Shown: positions 29,632 through 38,229, numbered from the stretch's first letter. The stretch: 49,630 nt of DNA from Thermostichus sp. DRC_bins_24 (GCA_039794845.1 JAUQVK010000014.1:1-49630); one strand, 5' to 3'. Notes: generated from the letters alone by a model not told the origin. Program-made: numbers and translations.

Positions 29632-31545
29632 CTAGAGTTCTTCCAGAATGCGAAATTGGACGTGGTTAATCGCTAGCTCCCCAATCGAAGCCCGGTCGGT
29701 GTTGATCGTCTCGAAAGGGATCCCTTTGGCGATCTCCGCATGGGTCCAGGGCAAGCCCATAAAGTAGCGCTGCGGGTAAGGGCGTTCTCCCAGGTCGTCG
29801 GGGTTCGACTCCATCGGCACCCAACCCCAGCCCGGCAGATAAAACTCGATCCACACGTGGTTGTATTCGGGAAAGAGTGGGATCCGCTTCATTTCTGGGT
29901 GCGGAGGACATTTGTAGCGCCCCACCGTGCGGCAGGGGATCCCGTTGAGGCGGGCCAAAGCCAAAAGCAGGCCCACGTATTCTCCGCAGGAGCCGGATCC
30001 CCGCCGCAAGACCTCATCCGGCGGATCGATCCGGGGAGTTACCCGATAGGAGAGCTTGTCATAAACATAGGCACGAATATTCAGCATTTTGCGCAACAGG
30101 TTGGTCTCGCTGCCGATGGCCTGCCGTGCCGCTTCCTGCACAATCGGGGTGTGCATGGCCAGGTCATCATCATCCACCAAGTAACGATCCCGCAGATCCA
30201 TGGGCAAAACGGCATCTTCCACATCCAGCGGGTCGATGCAGTACTTGATGTTGTAGAGATCCAATACCGCCCGCCAGCCAAACAACCGCACCTCATGGGC
30301 CCCCAGGGATCCCAAAGTGAACACTGCCACCTGTTGTCCCGATTGTTCTTCCACTTGAAAGGGCAACCCCACCGGCTCAAAGCTCCGCACCCGTTGGCGG
30401 GGGCTGTTGCAAGGCAGGGCGATGCGCCAGATTAAATCCGGGAGGAGGCGCGGCTCTTCTTGAGCAATTTCTTCCACATAGGTCAGCTCCACTCGGTAGC
30501 CCTGGGAGAGGGTGTAGGTGGCTCGTTCCCCCAGTCGTTGGGGCTGAAACACCACCGGACAGGCAAAAGTGCTCCGCACCGCTGACGCGAACACCCTATC
30601 CAAAGGTTGAGGATCCTCCGCTTGCACAGGGTTTGGAGGCGGCGGCGCCAAAGGCCGTAGACGCAAAGGGGCCACTCCGGTTTTGTCTCGTAGGGCCACC
30701 GACAAAGGATCGGGAGCGTTGGGGTTGTCGTGGATAAAGGCTTCTTCGTGGGCATAGGCCACCCACAGCTGCTCTTGCCAATGGGTAAGCCCCGTCGGCC
30801 CCCGACAAGGTGTAAGAATGCGAGCCAGTTCCCGCCCACTCTGCCGCTCCAACACATAGATCGTCTCTTCTATCCGATCGCTCACCCATAGGTAGTCCCC
30901 CCGCACCGCCAGTTGCTCTCGGCCGATGCCGGGGGCAGGCATCTCCTGCAAAACCTTGCCGGTACCGGGATCCAGTCGCAAAATCTTTTCCCGTTGGTAG
31001 CAGGTGGCGTAGAGGCATTGGGATCCACTATCGGCATCCTTCCAGAGGGCGATCCCCTCAATGGGGTAGGGAGCTGTACAAACCTGAAAGTTCTGCAGCG
31101 AGCCGTGACGCTCTAGCGCCTGTAGCGGAATGCGCAGGATTTGCCCCTCCAGATCCTGATTCCGGCTCAGCCAGATCCACAGTTGCTCCGCATCTTCCTC
31201 CAGGCACAGTCCGTAGGCATCCTGAAATGTTTGCACATGGTGAGGGTTGAGCAAAATCGTATTGTGCCCCCGCATCTGCACCAGGTAACCGCGCAGCCGA
31301 TCCAACCCCACCAGGCTGTTGTCCCAAACGGCCAAACCCTCTAGGGCAACCAAGCCCAGCGGTTGCAACGGCTCTTGCGGCAGGGATCCGGCCTGGGCAT
31401 CTCTCGTGGGGGTATGGGGCCACCAACCCGGTTGGGATCCGGGAAATTCCACCCCTTCCGCAAGCTCACTCGCGGCCCTGAGCACAACCATGAAGGGCTC
31501 CTTTTGGTTTTGCCGCAGCAGTGCTAGGTTCTCAACCTTCGGCAC
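29632..31545 (-). CDS. Transglutaminase-like domain protein with N-terminal beta-propeller
   Basis: GSCGEY (catalytic Cys) and NHVWIEFYLPGWGW; alternative ATG start at 31491. Confidence 0.87.
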   Translation of the reverse strand: MPKVENLALLRQNQKEPFMVVLRAASELAEGVEFPGSQPGWWPHTPTRDAQAGSLPQEPLQPLGLVALEGLAVWDNSLVGLDRLRGYLVQMRGHNTILLNPHHVQTFQDAYGLCLEEDAEQLWIWLSRNQDLEGQILRIPLQALERHGSLQNFQVCTAPYPIEGIALWKDADSGSQCLYATCYQREKILRLDPGTGKVLQEMPAPGIGREQLAVRGDYLWVSDRIEETIYVLERQSGRELARILTPCRGPTGLTHWQEQLWVAYAHEEAFIHDNPNAPDPLSVALRDKTGVAPLRLRPLAPPPPNPVQAEDPQPLDRVFASAVRSTFACPVVFQPQRLGERATYTLSQGYRVELTYVEEIAQEEPRLLPDLIWRIALPCNSPRQRVRSFEPVGLPFQVEEQSGQQVAVFTLGSLGAHEVRLFGWRAVLDLYNIKYCIDPLDVEDAVLPMDLRDRYLVDDDDLAMHTPIVQEAARQAIGSETNLLRKMLNIRAYVYDKLSYRVTPRIDPPDEVLRRGSGSCGEYVGLLLALARLNGIPCRTVGRYKCPPHPEMKRIPLFPEYNHVWIEFYLPGWGWVPMESNPDDLGERPYPQRYFMGLPWTHAEIAKGIPFETINTDRASIGELAINHVQFRILEEL

Positions 31546-31692
31546 CGCTGTCCAATGCTTTTATGATGCGCTCCTTTGGGGAGGGTTACCACCCCGGCTT
31601 TGGTTGTCTGTAGCTCTCGCTAGTGCCGTAGAAGGCAGAGAATGGGATGATGGCAAATACTTTGCGAAGCAACAAAGGGTGGGTGAACCAGC

Positions 31693-32607
31693 ATGGTGGA
31701 AAATGGTCTGGCTTTGGGCATTGGCGGTCTGGTCGCTGGGATCCTGGCCGGGTTTTTGGGCATTGGCGGTGGCACGATTTTGGTGCCCCTGCAGGTGAGC
31801 TTGGGGATCCCGCCCGTACAGGCTGTGGCCACCAGTAACCTTTCCATTGTCATGACCTCGATCGCAGGCAGCATCCAAAACTGGCGCATGGGTCTGCTGG
31901 ATCCAAAACGGGTGGTTTTGCTGGGGATCCCGGCCTTGCTGACGGCGCAAATAGGGGCGATCATCGCCAGTCGCATTCCCAGCTATCTTTTGTTGGCGGC
32001 CTTTGGGGTATTGCTGCTGGTGAATACTTACCTGGTGGAGCTGCGCAAAAAAGTGGCCGCCCAAGCTCGAGTGCTGGAGAAGAAAGTGGCTGCCCAAGCG
32101 TCTGAAGAAGCCTCCGAACCGGCCGGCGGGGAGCTGGATTTCAGACCTGAAAGGATCCTGCTGCCAAGCTCCCCCGAAATACCTCCCTGGTTAGCCCGTA
32201 CCGTGACGGGAGGCACTGCCGGGCTGTTGGCGGGGCTATTCGGCATTGGGGGTGGGGTGATTATGGTGCCGATGCAGATCCTGCTTTTGCAAGAAACGAT
32301 CAAGGTGGCGATTCAAACCAGCCTGGGGGCAATTGTGATCACCGCGATCGCGGCAACCACCAGCCACGCGGGTCTCGGTGATCTGATCTGGAATGGCCTG
32401 GGCCTGGGAGATGGCACCATCCGCCAGAATGTGCTGTGGATCCCGGGGTTGATTTTGGGCACAGGCGGGTTAATTGGGGTACAGATCAGCACCCGCACCC
32501 TGCCCAAATTGCCCGATGAAATCGTCAGCCTCCTATTCCGGGGCTTTCTGGCCATCCTCGCCCTCTACATCTTTTGGCAAGCCTGGCAAGCTTACCAAGT
32601 CCTTTGA
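31693..32607 (+). CDS. Sulfite exporter TauE/SafE family protein
   Basis: Duplicated GxxGIGGGxIxVP motif; multi-TM. Confidence 0.9.
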   Translation: MVENGLALGIGGLVAGILAGFLGIGGGTILVPLQVSLGIPPVQAVATSNLSIVMTSIAGSIQNWRMGLLDPKRVVLLGIPALLTAQIGAIIASRIPSYLLLAAFGVLLLVNTYLVELRKKVAAQARVLEKKVAAQASEEASEPAGGELDFRPERILLPSSPEIPPWLARTVTGGTAGLLAGLFGIGGGVIMVPMQILLLQETIKVAIQTSLGAIVITAIAATTSHAGLGDLIWNGLGLGDGTIRQNVLWIPGLILGTGGLIGVQISTRTLPKLPDEIVSLLFRGFLAILALYIFWQAWQAYQVL

Positions 32608-32622
32608 CTCTTGCCCCAACTT

Positions 32623-33063
32623 TTACTGGAACACCGTGATGAACAGAGTCTGGGATCCCGAGCGGTTCTGTTGGTCAAAAGCCGTGACTCGGAACTGCCA
32701 GACGCCGGTGGGTTGACCGAATTCCACAAAGAAGTCGCTAACGAAACTACAGAAGGTGGATCCCGGATTGCAGTTCACCTGCTGGGGGGTGAAAAACTGG
32801 TTTTGTATGCGTGTGCCGCTCGGATTGAACGTCTCCAACTCAACGAACTGACCCGAACGAGCTCCTCCAGGCACACTGATCTGAACGGTGAATGGGGGTG
32901 TAGCCTGTCCCACCCGCACAGATGTCGGCGCATTGATAAACGAAACAGCCGGGTTTTGGGTGGGGGGTATGATCGACCCACCTGTACTTCTACTGTCTCC
33001 ACAGGCAGTCAAGCTGGTGGTCAACAGGCTGGTAGCCAAGACGGTTAATGCAGCACGTTTCAT
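32623..33063 (-). CDS. Hypothetical lipoprotein
   Basis: MKR, hydrophobic stretch, then LTAC lipobox; beta-rich mature part. Confidence 0.7.
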   Translation of the reverse strand: MKRAALTVLATSLLTTSLTACGDSRSTGGSIIPPTQNPAVSFINAPTSVRVGQATPPFTVQISVPGGARSGQFVELETFNPSGTRIQNQFFTPQQVNCNPGSTFCSFVSDFFVEFGQPTGVWQFRVTAFDQQNRSGSQTLFITVFQ

Positions 33064-33213
33064 CCTTCAATTCCTCACAAAAAGCAACCTAGACCCCCTC
33101 AGGGTTTGCCGCCTGGGATGGCTCGATTCTAAGACACTCCCTGCCGCCACCGTTTCAGAAAAAATCCGCAACTACGCAAATATTCATGGGTCTTGCCGCA
33201 CATTTTTTCTGTC

Positions 33214-33858
33214 TCAAAACAGTAGCAAGCGCCGCAACAGCAAAGCCACCACCGAGACAAAACTGGCTACGATCATCTGCCCCGGCAAGGTATAGCCGGA
33301 GTAAAGCTGGATCAAGCCCAGCAGCTCCCCATCCCAGGTTTGCGTAGCCAAGAGGTAGATAATGCCGGTGAGGTGAACCAAGACCAACGCCGCCAGGCTG
33401 CCGGATCCCAGCTCTTGGAGACGTACCGGCGGGATCCGTTGGGCAGAGATCTCTGTCGCAGCAGGCAAGCTAAGTCGCCGTTGACGCACCCGCCGAGAGG
33501 GCTTGGGATCCCGTTGTCGAAAGGCGATCGTCCCGCATACCCAGGCCCCCGGCAAAAACCCCAGCAAGTAGCCAAAGGTGGGCTGATACAGATACTGCCA
33601 CCCTCCCCCCTGGGCAAACACCTGCAGCCCCGCCAGCCCCAACCCCAGGTAGACGATCTGGGCATATACCGCCGCCACCGGCCCTGCCAAACAAGCCGTC
33701 AGCAACATGCCCCCAATTTGCAACGAAAAGCTATATCCCCCCAACCCAGGCAACTCCGGGGGAAAACTCAACTGAGTCAGGGTGCCCAAAATGGTCAGGA
33801 TCACTCCAATCGCCGTCCAAAGCCATTCCAAAGGAGTTAAGAGCAGGCCAGAGCGCAT
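33214..33858 (-). CDS. bioY: Biotin transporter BioY
   Basis: YLGLGLAGLQVFAQGGG and PTFGYLLGF motifs; ATG at 33858 preferred. Confidence 0.9.
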   Translation of the reverse strand: MRSGLLLTPLEWLWTAIGVILTILGTLTQLSFPPELPGLGGYSFSLQIGGMLLTACLAGPVAAVYAQIVYLGLGLAGLQVFAQGGGWQYLYQPTFGYLLGFLPGAWVCGTIAFRQRDPKPSRRVRQRRLSLPAATEISAQRIPPVRLQELGSGSLAALVLVHLTGIIYLLATQTWDGELLGLIQLYSGYTLPGQMIVASFVSVVALLLRRLLLF

Positions 33859-33896
33859 AACCGGGGGAAGATCTTTCCCTATGCTAAGAGAGGAAA

Positions 33897-33986
33897 GAGG
33901 ATGGAGAAGTGAGGAGTGAGGGGGAAGTGAGGAGTGAGGGGGAGGATTCATTACTCACTTCTCGTTTCTCGTTTCTCTTTCCTACC
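33897..33986 (-). repeat. Heptamer-armed mini-element, copy A (inverted, with an internal 18-bp duplication)
   Basis: Reverse complement of GGTAGGAAAGAGAAACGAGAAACGAGAAGTGAGTAATGAATCCTCCCCCTCACTCCTCACTT... Confidence 0.9.
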
Positions 33987-34011
33987 AACGCGCAGATACG
34001 GTGGGCAAAAG

Positions 34012-34806
34012 GTGGTCAAGGCAGATTGGATTGAGTTGGCACAGGCCCTAGCCGATGCTGCCGGAGCGGTGATTCGTCCCCTATTTCGGGGAGAACTGCA
34101 GGCGGAATACAAAGAGGCCCGTTCCCCGATTGTGACGGTGGCGGATCGGGAGGCAGAACGGGCAATGCGGGCTTTGCTCACTACCCAAGTGCCGGAACAC
34201 AACATCCTCGGCGAAGAATTTGGCCTACATCAGACGGGATCCCCCTACACTTGGGTTTTAGATCCGGTGGATGGCACCATGGCGTTTTCCACAGGCAAGC
34301 CCACCTTCGGTACCCTCATCGCCCTCTGGGAAGACGACCGCCCGATTCTGGGCATTATCGACCAGCCCGTTTTGGGGGAACGCTGGCTCGGGGTACGGGG
34401 GCAACCGACCCAATTTACCACCCAATTCAACCGACAACCTGCCCAAACCAAAACCAACACCGATTTGAGCCGGGCCTATCTCAGCTGCACCACCCCTGAT
34501 CTGTTCACCCAACCCGACCAAAAACGGCGCTTTCAGCAGCTCAGCCAATCTGTGCATATCACCTCTTACGGCGGCGACTGCTATCAGTACGGCTTGCTGG
34601 CCAGTGGTTATGTCGATCTGGTGATGGAATGTGGCCTTGCCCTCTACGACTTTGCTGCCTTGATTCCGGTGATCGAGGGATCCGGCGGGGTGATTACCGA
34701 TTGGCAAGGGGATCCCTTAACCCGCACCTCCAAGGGAGAAGTTCTGGCAGCAGCCAACCCTCGTTTGCATCAACAAGCCTTAGCTCAGATTCAGTTAGGA
34801 GCTTAA
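34012..34806 (+). CDS. hisN: Histidinol-phosphatase, inositol monophosphatase family
   Basis: ADREAE, GEEFG, WVLDPVDGT, FGTLIAL, YGGDCYQY and GGVITDWQG motifs. Confidence 0.88.
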   Translation: MVKADWIELAQALADAAGAVIRPLFRGELQAEYKEARSPIVTVADREAERAMRALLTTQVPEHNILGEEFGLHQTGSPYTWVLDPVDGTMAFSTGKPTFGTLIALWEDDRPILGIIDQPVLGERWLGVRGQPTQFTTQFNRQPAQTKTNTDLSRAYLSCTTPDLFTQPDQKRRFQQLSQSVHITSYGGDCYQYGLLASGYVDLVMECGLALYDFAALIPVIEGSGGVITDWQGDPLTRTSKGEVLAAANPRLHQQALAQIQLGA

Positions 34807-34815
34807 ATCTTCCTC

Positions 34816-34953
34816 TGGGTAGGAAAGAGAAACGAGAAACGAGAAGTGAGTAATGAATCCTCCCCCTCACTTGGGTAGGAAAGAGAAACGAGAAACGAGA
34901 AGTGAGTAATGAATCCTCCCCCTCACTCCTCACTTCTCCATCCTCACTTCTGT
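34816..34953 (+). repeat. Heptamer-armed mini-element, copies B and C (exact 56-bp tandem duplication)
   Basis: 34816-34871 is identical to 34872-34927; copy C continues to ..CTCCATCCTCACTTCTGT. Confidence 0.92.
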
Positions 34954-35659
34954 ATCTACAACCGAGGCTGGGGGCGGATCTTCCTGAGGGATCCCGTCTG
35001 CGCGACTCCACCGCCGATCAGGTGTACGGGGGCCTCAACCGCGAAACCGCCGCCACCACCAGAGAAACGAGAAACGAGAAGTGAGTAATGAATCCTCCCC
35101 CTCACTCCTCACTTCTCCATCCTCACTTCTGTTTCTGATCGATCCAGAGCATGCACAGCCGATTGCCGCCCTGTTTCATTCCACCTGCGGTGGCCATACC
35201 AGCGCCAACCAGGATATTTTTGCCCCACCCGCCCGCCCCTACCTGCAGGGGGTTGTCTGCGAGGGGTGCCAAGACTCTCCCTTTTACGGCCCCCACACCA
35301 TTCGGATAGCCGCAACGGATCTAGAACGGGCCCTCGGCAGCAGTGATCTGGAGATTGTGCAGTCGGATCCCCAGGGCCGTCCTTTGCGCCTTCGCGTTGG
35401 ATCCCGCCTTTGGCATGGGCAGACCTTTGGGTTGCGTCTTGGTCAGACCTTGGGGTGGGGGATCCTCCCCAGCAATCGCTTTACGTTTGAACGACCTCCA
35501 GCCGGATCCCAAGAGCCCTACACCTTTATTTATCGCGGTGCCGGACATGGGGTGGGGTTGTGCCAGTGGGGAGCCCGTGGCTTGGCCAAGCAGGGTTACA
35601 CCGCCCGGCACATTCTCGGCCACTATTTCCCCGGTGCACAGCTCACCCAGACCCTCTGA
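34953..35659 (+). pseudogene. SpoIID/LytB domain gene, 5'-truncated and split by a repeat element
   Basis: Fragment 1 has DSTADQVYGG..E; fragment 2, in a different frame, has IAALFHSTCGGHT, PYLQGV, GAGHGVGLCQWGA and ILGHYFPG. Confidence 0.82.
35061..35132 (+). repeat. Heptamer-armed mini-element, copy D
   Basis: Identical to copy C over about 72 bp; lies inside the SpoIID gene. Confidence 0.92.
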
Positions 35660-35708
35660 GCAACGGATCCCTACAAGCATTCGATTCCCCAAGAGCGGCG
35701 GGTTTGGC

Positions 35709-36539
35709 TTAGGAAGCCGCCACCAGCACATCATCGGGATCCGAATATTGAATCCCCTCAGGGATCCCTGCGGCATCGGAGGACCACATCCACAGGCGGT
35801 GCAGGATCCGCTCCCCGATTGACTTGGCCGAGTAGGGATCCCGTCCGTGCAGGACGCGGTAATTATCCACAAACAACGCATCACCAGGATAGAGCTTGAA
35901 CCGTTCCACAACGGCCACTTCTGCGCGCAAGGTCCTCATCCAGTAGTCGATTAATGCCTGCTGCCCATCCGGATCAGGGGAGTCAGGATGCGGGCGGTGA
36001 TAGGGGTGATTGCGGATCCAACGGCGGCCATTGGGGCGGGTTTGCACAATCGAGGCAAAGTAGCGCTCCTTCATGGCAAAACCCTTTTCGGAAACCTCCG
36101 TCTGCTCCACCACTTCTGTTTGCAGCCAGTGGGCTACATTGGCTTGTTCACCGGCAATGGTCAGGGTGATGTCGGGATCCGCGGCCATTCGCCTCAACAG
36201 GGCGTAGCCATCGATTAAGAAAGACTCTCCCCCTTCAGAAGCTTGCACAATGCAATGCAGCGTCAGGTAGTCGGGGTTGCAGGGGCCGTAAGCAAAGCCG
36301 TCGGTGTGGGCCGGCAGAGTTTCGGTGGGGGGAACGGCCTTAATTTTCTTGGGGGGCTCACTGGTGACCCGGTGCACCTGTCCGATGCCGCGCAGATGCT
36401 CACCCATGAAAGCGTAGCCTGCCGCTGTGGTGCCCCTCTCGGTGAGATCTTCCCAACGCAGAATCGCTGCCCCATCTCGCTGCACCAGATCCCAAGCTTC
36501 ACGGGGATCCGCAGTCCGTTCTGGAATGATGCTGGTCAT
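35709..36539 (-). CDS. TauD/TfdA family Fe(II)/2-oxoglutarate dioxygenase
   Basis: HTD..H facial triad (AHTDG, DNYRVLHGR) and GGESFLIDG. Confidence 0.87.
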   Translation of the reverse strand: MTSIIPERTADPREAWDLVQRDGAAILRWEDLTERGTTAAGYAFMGEHLRGIGQVHRVTSEPPKKIKAVPPTETLPAHTDGFAYGPCNPDYLTLHCIVQASEGGESFLIDGYALLRRMAADPDITLTIAGEQANVAHWLQTEVVEQTEVSEKGFAMKERYFASIVQTRPNGRRWIRNHPYHRPHPDSPDPDGQQALIDYWMRTLRAEVAVVERFKLYPGDALFVDNYRVLHGRDPYSAKSIGERILHRLWMWSSDAAGIPEGIQYSDPDDVLVAAS

Positions 36540-36712
36540 GGCAAAGGCTCCAAGCGAGGGAACAGGAGAAACTTAGGTTACAGAAAATCCACCGCTTGAC
36601 AATTTAAGCCCAGGAGTCCTGACCAGATGGTTATCCAGCACACCATTCACGAAATGAACCCACGGGATCCGTCCCGTCTTCTTCGTTGCTCAGGGTTCGC
36701 GAGAGTTAGTTC

Positions 36713-37516
36713 TCAAGGTTCTCGAGTGGTAACTTTCTGACCACTTGCCCATTGCCGCACCGTCGCAGCCAAAGCCACCCCAACCAACGCCATTTGGGGC
36801 AGCAGCGTTTGCCAAGTGGGGTAAAAGCCAAGCCAGCGCAGCTTTGGGATCCCGGCCAAAGGAGTAATGGGCAGCCAATCCGCCATTTGCAACGCATGCA
36901 GGCCACTGCCCAAAAACTTAAAGCCCAAGTAGAAGATCAACAGGCTTAATCCGAGAAAAAAAGCCCGCAAAGGCAACTTCATGCCCACCTGCAGCAGCAA
37001 CACCGCCACCCCGAGCAACACCAGGGATCCCAGGCCCACTCCCGCCCAAAAGTCTGTTGTCGAAAGCGAGGGAGCCAACCCCACGTAAAACAACACCGTT
37101 TCTGCCCCTTCCCGAAACACGGCCGTGAAGGCGAGGAAAGCCAATGAGAAAACCCGGCCACCGGCCAACGCCGCCTGGGCCTGTTCCCGTACAAACGACT
37201 GCCAGGAGGCAATTGCGGCCTGACGGTGCAGCCAGAGGCTGACCGAAAACAGCAAGCCCGCCGCCACCAGCCCGGTGATCCCTTCCAACACCTCTTGCCG
37301 AGTGTAGGTGAGCACCTGCTGAAAAAACAACTTCACCAGCAGACCAAGCGCCACCGCCGCCAGCAAACCCACCGCCCCGCCCATCCACACCCAGCGCTTC
37401 TGAGCCGATTGTCCGCTTTTGCCCAAAAAGGCCAGCAGCGCCACCAACACCAACAGAGCCTCCAAACCCTCCCGCAGTAGGATCGAAGCAGCATCAAACA
37501 GGGTGTAGTCGGACAT
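36713..37516 (-). CDS. FTR1/EfeU family iron permease
   Basis: Two RExxE motifs (LREGLE, FREGAE); about 7 TM segments. Confidence 0.92.
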   Translation of the reverse strand: MSDYTLFDAASILLREGLEALLVLVALLAFLGKSGQSAQKRWVWMGGAVGLLAAVALGLLVKLFFQQVLTYTRQEVLEGITGLVAAGLLFSVSLWLHRQAAIASWQSFVREQAQAALAGGRVFSLAFLAFTAVFREGAETVLFYVGLAPSLSTTDFWAGVGLGSLVLLGVAVLLLQVGMKLPLRAFFLGLSLLIFYLGFKFLGSGLHALQMADWLPITPLAGIPKLRWLGFYPTWQTLLPQMALVGVALAATVRQWASGQKVTTREP

Positions 37517-37694
37517 GGCAATGCCCTGAAATGGGATATCCAAATCCTAGCCTTGTGGTCCGGCGGGATCCCTGCCGGTTACGGCCCTCGTGCGGGTTTT
37601 CTAGGACAGGGCTCGTACTTTTTGCTCCCGCTCCACGGGGCCCGGAGGGCTATCCCTCCAGGAGGCAGGTCTCAACCTCCACGGTGACCGGATG

Positions 37695-37877
37695 CCATGG
37701 TTGCCGGATGTAACCGGCGGTCGCCCTAGCGTGGGCGTAAAGAGCCGTACAGCCTTGTCAGCTCAAGGGGAAAGCCCTGACCGGGCAACAGTTTGGCTTG
37801 CATCCGGTACCTAGGTAGGGAACTCCGTCCCGCCGGGCACATCAAGACCGAAGTGGTGTAACGTACTCCCGACACCT
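37695..37877 (-). ncRNA. ssrS: 6S RNA (SsrS/SsaA)
   Basis: ~180 nt with no ORF. Closing stem GATGTGCCCGGCGG pairs with CCGCCGGTTACATC; 6S-like UGAUGUG, CCUUGAG..CAAGG and ACAUC motifs; TATGCT -10 box at 37888-37883. Boundaries approximate. Confidence 0.68.
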
Positions 37878-37912
37878 ATGCAAGCATACGCGGCCCCTTT
37901 TTGGCTGTTGGT

Positions 37913-37971
37913 GCTGGGGCGAAGCCCGAGCACGGGGGAGATTTAAGCGGGAGCTGGGGCGAAGCCCGAGC
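37913..37971 (+). repeat. Two REP-like hairpin direct repeats GCTGGGGCGAAGCCCGAGC
   Basis: Identical 19-mers at 37913 and 37953, each an imperfect stem with a GAA loop. Confidence 0.75.
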
Positions 37972-38170
37972 GGAGCGTGGTGCTCTTACACCGCAAAAGA
38001 GATGGGATTTTGGTGCGCTAGGGATAGGAGCGGTACGCAGGGGAGATAGCGGCTAGAGGCTGTGAGGGTATGCGGCGGCTGACGGAGGAAGACGCAGCAA
38101 CCCCTCAGCATCAGCCGATCTCGACCCGGAGTTTAGCGGATAGCCCGACCCGTAGGGGAGCGCCCAAAAG

Positions 38171-38203
38171 ACTCACTTCTCGTTTCTCCATCCTCACTTC
38201 TGT
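38171..38203 (+). repeat. Heptamer-armed mini-element, partial copy E
   Basis: ACTCACTTCTCGTTTCTC joined to CATCCTCACTTCTGT, both parts of copies A-D. Confidence 0.8.
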
Positions 38204-38229
38204 TGGTTGGCCGATTCGAGCTTCTTATA

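Noticed and set aside
33934..34011. N-terminal extensions of hisN and bioY in the ORF track
   Set aside because: They derive from the repeat element; homology to the families starts at 34012 and 33858.
34816..35132. CRISPR array interpretation of the direct repeats
   Set aside because: The repeats are 56-80 bp and low-complexity, the spacing is irregular (0 and ~108 bp), the 'spacer' is a contiguous piece of the adjacent SpoIID gene, and no cas genes are present.
37664..37673. Cobalamin riboswitch upstream of FTR1 (GAGACCTGCC on the - strand)
   Set aside because: The rest of the core (GGGAA..GGTG.AA.TCC, GCCACTG, AGCCAG) is missing, and the upstream sequence fits 6S RNA.
37913..37971. Mini-CRISPR from two 19-bp palindromic repeats
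   Set aside because: Only two units, and both the repeat and the 21-bp spacer are too short; REP-like hairpins fit better.
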